A stretch of 62,731 nucleotides of DNA, filler included, from Candidatus Woesearchaeota archaeon (GTDB lineage Archaea; Nanobdellota; Nanobdellia; Woesearchaeales; JACPBO01): assembly GCA_016180285.1 (NCBI GenBank). It is 4 parts of 3 records of this genome, joined end to end, with 100 filler letters (N's around TTAATTAATTAA, not from the genome) between each part and the next. Parts side by side here need not be neighbours in the genome. Positions count along the whole stretch, not along the records: positions 50,069 to 62,731 come from JACPBO010000046.1; 3 more parts are not named here. One strand, 5' to 3'. The position numbers and the translations under genes were made by a program. Below the pieces are notes generated by a model. That model saw only the letters and a list, made by a program, of their open reading frames with translations, was not told the DNA's origin and did no database searches. Positions 59,733 through 62,731 of this stretch are shown here, one piece after another. Numbering within the stretch: position 1 is the first letter of the stretch; each line of letters begins with the position of its first letter.

Positions 59733-60101
59733 TTATTGCTCTCTGTTTTCTATCCTCAACAAGAGGCAGTAATGGCTCCAAGATAATTTCCGCGACAGTG
59801 TCTCGGAATTCCTGAAGAGATGGTAAAACTTTCTCATCTTCTCTAAGTTGTCTCTAGAAAATCCCTTTCCAAATTTTTTAACTAAGTCTCTTGAAAGATT
59901 ATCTAAAAGTGCAGTGCCATACTCTGCTTTTTCTTTGCCCATTTGCTCGTATTCGACAATTCTTTTTCCAATCTCCCGGTATGCCTTTACAAGTATAGAA
60001 TTGACCGCCTGGTATGCCTGCCTTCTGCCCTGCTCTAAGAGCTTTCCGATATTGTCAATTAGTGAGGCGTATTTTGCACCTTGTTTTTGGACATTGCTCA
60101 T
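59733..60101 (-). pseudogene. YhcG/DUF1016 N-terminal domain only (truncated)
   Basis: IGKRIVEYEQ.G..KAEYG...GKGFS..NL..MRKFY...LSWSHY, then stop. No nuclease domain follows. Confidence 0.65.
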
Positions 60102-60155
60102 TCATCATGAAAATAATGAAAAATATTATAAATATATCGGTTTTTATATGAAATT

Positions 60156-60587
60156 ATGAATAAAAATTATTACGAAGGAACGCTTCAGCTGAGAAACCCG
60201 ACTGAAGAAATCATAAACTTTGTCAAAGCGCAGATTGACAGGGAAAAAAGCGAAAGCGTATTTGTAGCGAAAGCAGTTGATGTTGATAAAGGGGTTGACC
60301 TTTATCTGAGCAACAACGGATTCCTGATACAATTGGGCAAAAGATTAAAGAAGCATTTTAGGGGTGAGCTTTTGATCACCACAAGGCTTTTCACAATGGA
60401 CAGGCAGACAAGCAAGGAAGTGCACCGCGTTAGTGTGAAATTCACTCCTTCAGCGATCAAGAAAGGCGATATCATAACCTACAAGGGAGAGAAAGTGGAG
60501 ATCCTGGGCACAGGTAAGAAGATAAGCGCAAAGAACATTAAAACCGGGAAGAAGATGATGCTGGATTTTGATAAGCTGCAAATTTAA
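60156..60587 (+). CDS. NMD3-related protein (short)
   Basis: YYEGTLQLR, GVDLYLS and LFTMDRQTSKEVHRVSV motifs. Confidence 0.75.
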   Translation: MNKNYYEGTLQLRNPTEEIINFVKAQIDREKSESVFVAKAVDVDKGVDLYLSNNGFLIQLGKRLKKHFRGELLITTRLFTMDRQTSKEVHRVSVKFTPSAIKKGDIITYKGEKVEILGTGKKISAKNIKTGKKMMLDFDKLQI

Positions 60588-61744
60588 TCCCTTTTTTCTT
60601 TCCTATATTCCTGCACAACCTTATTCAATATATCTGCCTTCTCTTTCTGCCTTTTAAAATCCTTTTTGCTGGCAATTGCAAAATAGCTGTTTTCCTCGAT
60701 CTGAACATCTTTTGAATTAATAAAGATAAACTGATCCTTTAATTTCTTTGACGGCTCTTTTTTGAATATCACAAACCTTACTTTGTATTTTAAAGAATCA
60801 ATTATTTTTTCGCTGTAAGTATTTGGATCATCAACAAGCAAAACATCTTCATTTCCAATGTTCAATATTTTATTTTTCGATTCAAATTCCTGATTTGTGA
60901 AATTATTTAGTTTTTTAGCAAGAAAATGCTCATCGCCAATCTTTGAAATAAAGCCATGAATATTCTTAAGCTCGCCTTTTAATTTATTTAATTCCTCCTC
61001 TTGCTGTTTATTCATTTTTGACAATGAAAAAATCTTGTTTTCCTTGAACCCGAGCATTTCCTTGTATTTTCCTTCAGGCTTTGCTTCGGGCTTTGAGCTG
61101 ATCCTTTCAAACAGCTTTTTATTCTTCGCCTGCAAAATCTCTATTCTCTGGTTTAATTTCTTATTGAAATCCCTTACCAATTCAAGCTCTTTTCTCAGCT
61201 TTTCATAGTCTTCTGGCTGCCGTTTTATTATGATTTCTCTTCTTTCATATATGGGAACAACATTTTTCTTCTTTATCTCATCCAGAGCAGTTTTCATTGA
61301 AATCTTTTCTCTGATAACTTTTTCTTTCAGCTCATTTTCAATGTTTTCAATTTTATTCTCCTTTACAAAAATATCAAGCTTTGTAAACAATGCAGCCAGC
61401 CTTTTGAAAACAAACAATGCAGAAGAAACAGCATCAAGCTCATGAGGATTGCTGTAAATAAAATCTTTGGATAATTCTTTCTTTTCTTCAACAAGCAGGT
61501 CTTTATCAGGCCATATTAATTCAGCTCCTGTTTTGGCTGCAAACTCAACAACAAAATTCGAAGGCGGATTCTTGTCAGAGCCGACTAATAAAGGCTTTCC
61601 AAGCTTCATCACTTCTGAGATTATTCTGCTGATATTGTGCTCTTTTGAATAATCTTTTTTAATAAGATTCTTGTTTATGTCAAACACAGCATAAGCAGAT
61701 GTTGTTCCGGGATCAATGCCTATAACAAGCAATTTCTTATCCAT
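60584..61744 (-). CDS. DUF460 domain protein
   Basis: VIGIDPGTT RNase H-like fold, HELDA motif and a coiled coil. Confidence 0.85.
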   Translation of the reverse strand: MDKKLLVIGIDPGTTSAYAVFDINKNLIKKDYSKEHNISRIISEVMKLGKPLLVGSDKNPPSNFVVEFAAKTGAELIWPDKDLLVEEKKELSKDFIYSNPHELDAVSSALFVFKRLAALFTKLDIFVKENKIENIENELKEKVIREKISMKTALDEIKKKNVVPIYERREIIIKRQPEDYEKLRKELELVRDFNKKLNQRIEILQAKNKKLFERISSKPEAKPEGKYKEMLGFKENKIFSLSKMNKQQEEELNKLKGELKNIHGFISKIGDEHFLAKKLNNFTNQEFESKNKILNIGNEDVLLVDDPNTYSEKIIDSLKYKVRFVIFKKEPSKKLKDQFIFINSKDVQIEENSYFAIASKKDFKRQKEKADILNKVVQEYRKEKRD

Positions 61745-61745
61745 T

Positions 61746-62168
61746 TTATATGTCAAGAAGATTCAGGCCAATCTCTTCGCTGTATTTCCTGCTTATTTCA
61801 GAATCCAGCTTTACAAGGAATACTTCGCATGTTGCTGCAACTGTTGCTTCTTTCAGATGCCCGGCATAAGGCTTCATATCCTTGTCAGAAACTGTGATGT
61901 GCGTATGAAGTATTGGCTTGCTGTCCATGACCATAACATTGCCAGTCATATTCGCGATCTCCAGCGGCTCTTCTATAATTTTGGAAGAATACTCCTTTGT
62001 ATCAACAACATAATGCATAAGCTCAACTCTGCTTATTGCCCCCAATCCAAAGAAAAGAGCGTTTTTTATCTTATTTTTGCTGCAAAAATCCAGAATGCCC
62101 TCAATTATCTTTTCTCCTTTCTCCAGCCTTATAACATGAAAGATGCTATTTGCCTGTTTGTGCTTCAT
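61746..62168 (-). CDS. PPC/DUF296 domain protein
   Basis: IRLEKGE, GLGA, EIANMTGN, HTHITVSD and AGHL motifs. Confidence 0.9.
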   Translation of the reverse strand: MKHKQANSIFHVIRLEKGEKIIEGILDFCSKNKIKNALFFGLGAISRVELMHYVVDTKEYSSKIIEEPLEIANMTGNVMVMDSKPILHTHITVSDKDMKPYAGHLKEATVAATCEVFLVKLDSEISRKYSEEIGLNLLDI

Positions 62169-62731
62169 TTTTCTCTCCCCTTTATTTCGTTTACACTTTT
62201 GGATATTATCTCTGAATAAGTATAACATGGAAGCCCAAATTGTTTTAATTTATCTTGCGTAACAGTTATGACGGGAGTTTTATCATTCTCATTTTTTGGC
62301 TTTACTGAAATATTGAAACATGATAAAATATTCCTTGCAATGTCAAATCTGGATTTTAATTCAGAAACAGCTATTGGAATGATCTCGTTTGTTATGCTTT
62401 TTTCAAGCGATATTTGTATAACCTCTGAAATATGGCCTAGCCATGTAGGCTGAAATTTCCATGAATTATCATATATTGCAGGTGTTTTCTCATCAATATT
62501 TTGAAGTATTCTGTTAAATGGCCGGTCATTAGTTGTATTGGGGCTAAGCCCGATGATCAAGGAAGGCCTTAATATTATAAACCCATATTTCGTATTTTTT
62601 ACATATTCTTCCCCGGCCAGTTTTGTTCTGCCATATACATTTTGAGGAACAATCACAATGACAGATGAAATGTAAATAACTTTTGCTTTTATTGCGTTTG
62701 CAGCATCAACAATGTTTTTAGTGCCATCTTC
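62165..62731 (-). CDS. RmlD-like sugar-nucleotide reductase (SDR), 5'-partial
   Basis: GTKNIVDAA, IYISS, PQNVYGRTKLAGE and FQPT motifs. Confidence 0.8.
   Translation of the reverse strand, partial: EDGTKNIVDAANAIKAKVIYISSVIVIVPQNVYGRTKLAGEEYVKNTKYGFIILRPSLIIGLSPNTTNDRPFNRILQNIDEKTPAIYDNSWKFQPTWLGHISEVIQISLEKSITNEIIPIAVSELKSRFDIARNILSCFNISVKPKNENDKTPVITVTQDKLKQFGLPCYTYSEIISKSVNEIKGREK

Overview
This is archaeal DNA, most consistent with DPANN Woesearchaeota (Nanobdellota): it has an archaeal histone, Hjc, RadA, RPA, archaeal DnaG, TFS and tRNAs with bulge-helix-bulge (BHB) introns. The window is four contigs joined by 100-nt N/TTAATTAATTAA linkers at 15570, 33229 and 49969, so gene adjacency across these points is not real. 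Contig 1 holds an internally deleted, frameshifted radA, an accessory island with an attC-like element, rpa, and a cluster of at least eight pilin-like genes. Two of these carry apparently inactivated peptidoglycan-hydrolase domains (M23-like and Amidase_3-like). Contig 2 holds hjc, HAD hydrolases, a two-intron tRNA-Leu, a long bacterial-type purF, pyrBI-pyrDKCEF and scpB. Contig 3 holds dnaG with a long structured leader, a histone, two tRNA-Ala genes with T-loop introns and a nucleotide house-cleaning cluster. It ends in a three-gene operon: a 105-aa tandem-repeat protein with hypervariable residue pairs fused to a methyltransferase-like domain, then DUF488, then an SplB-like radical SAM enzyme. 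This operon is the best candidate for an undescribed system. Contig 4 holds an MvaI-type restriction-modification locus, thyA-folA-glyA, a kinase and dCMP deaminase, a toxin-antitoxin pair flanked by a duplicated gene end, TFS and a signal peptidase. All family calls come from motif recognition by eye, not from database searches.
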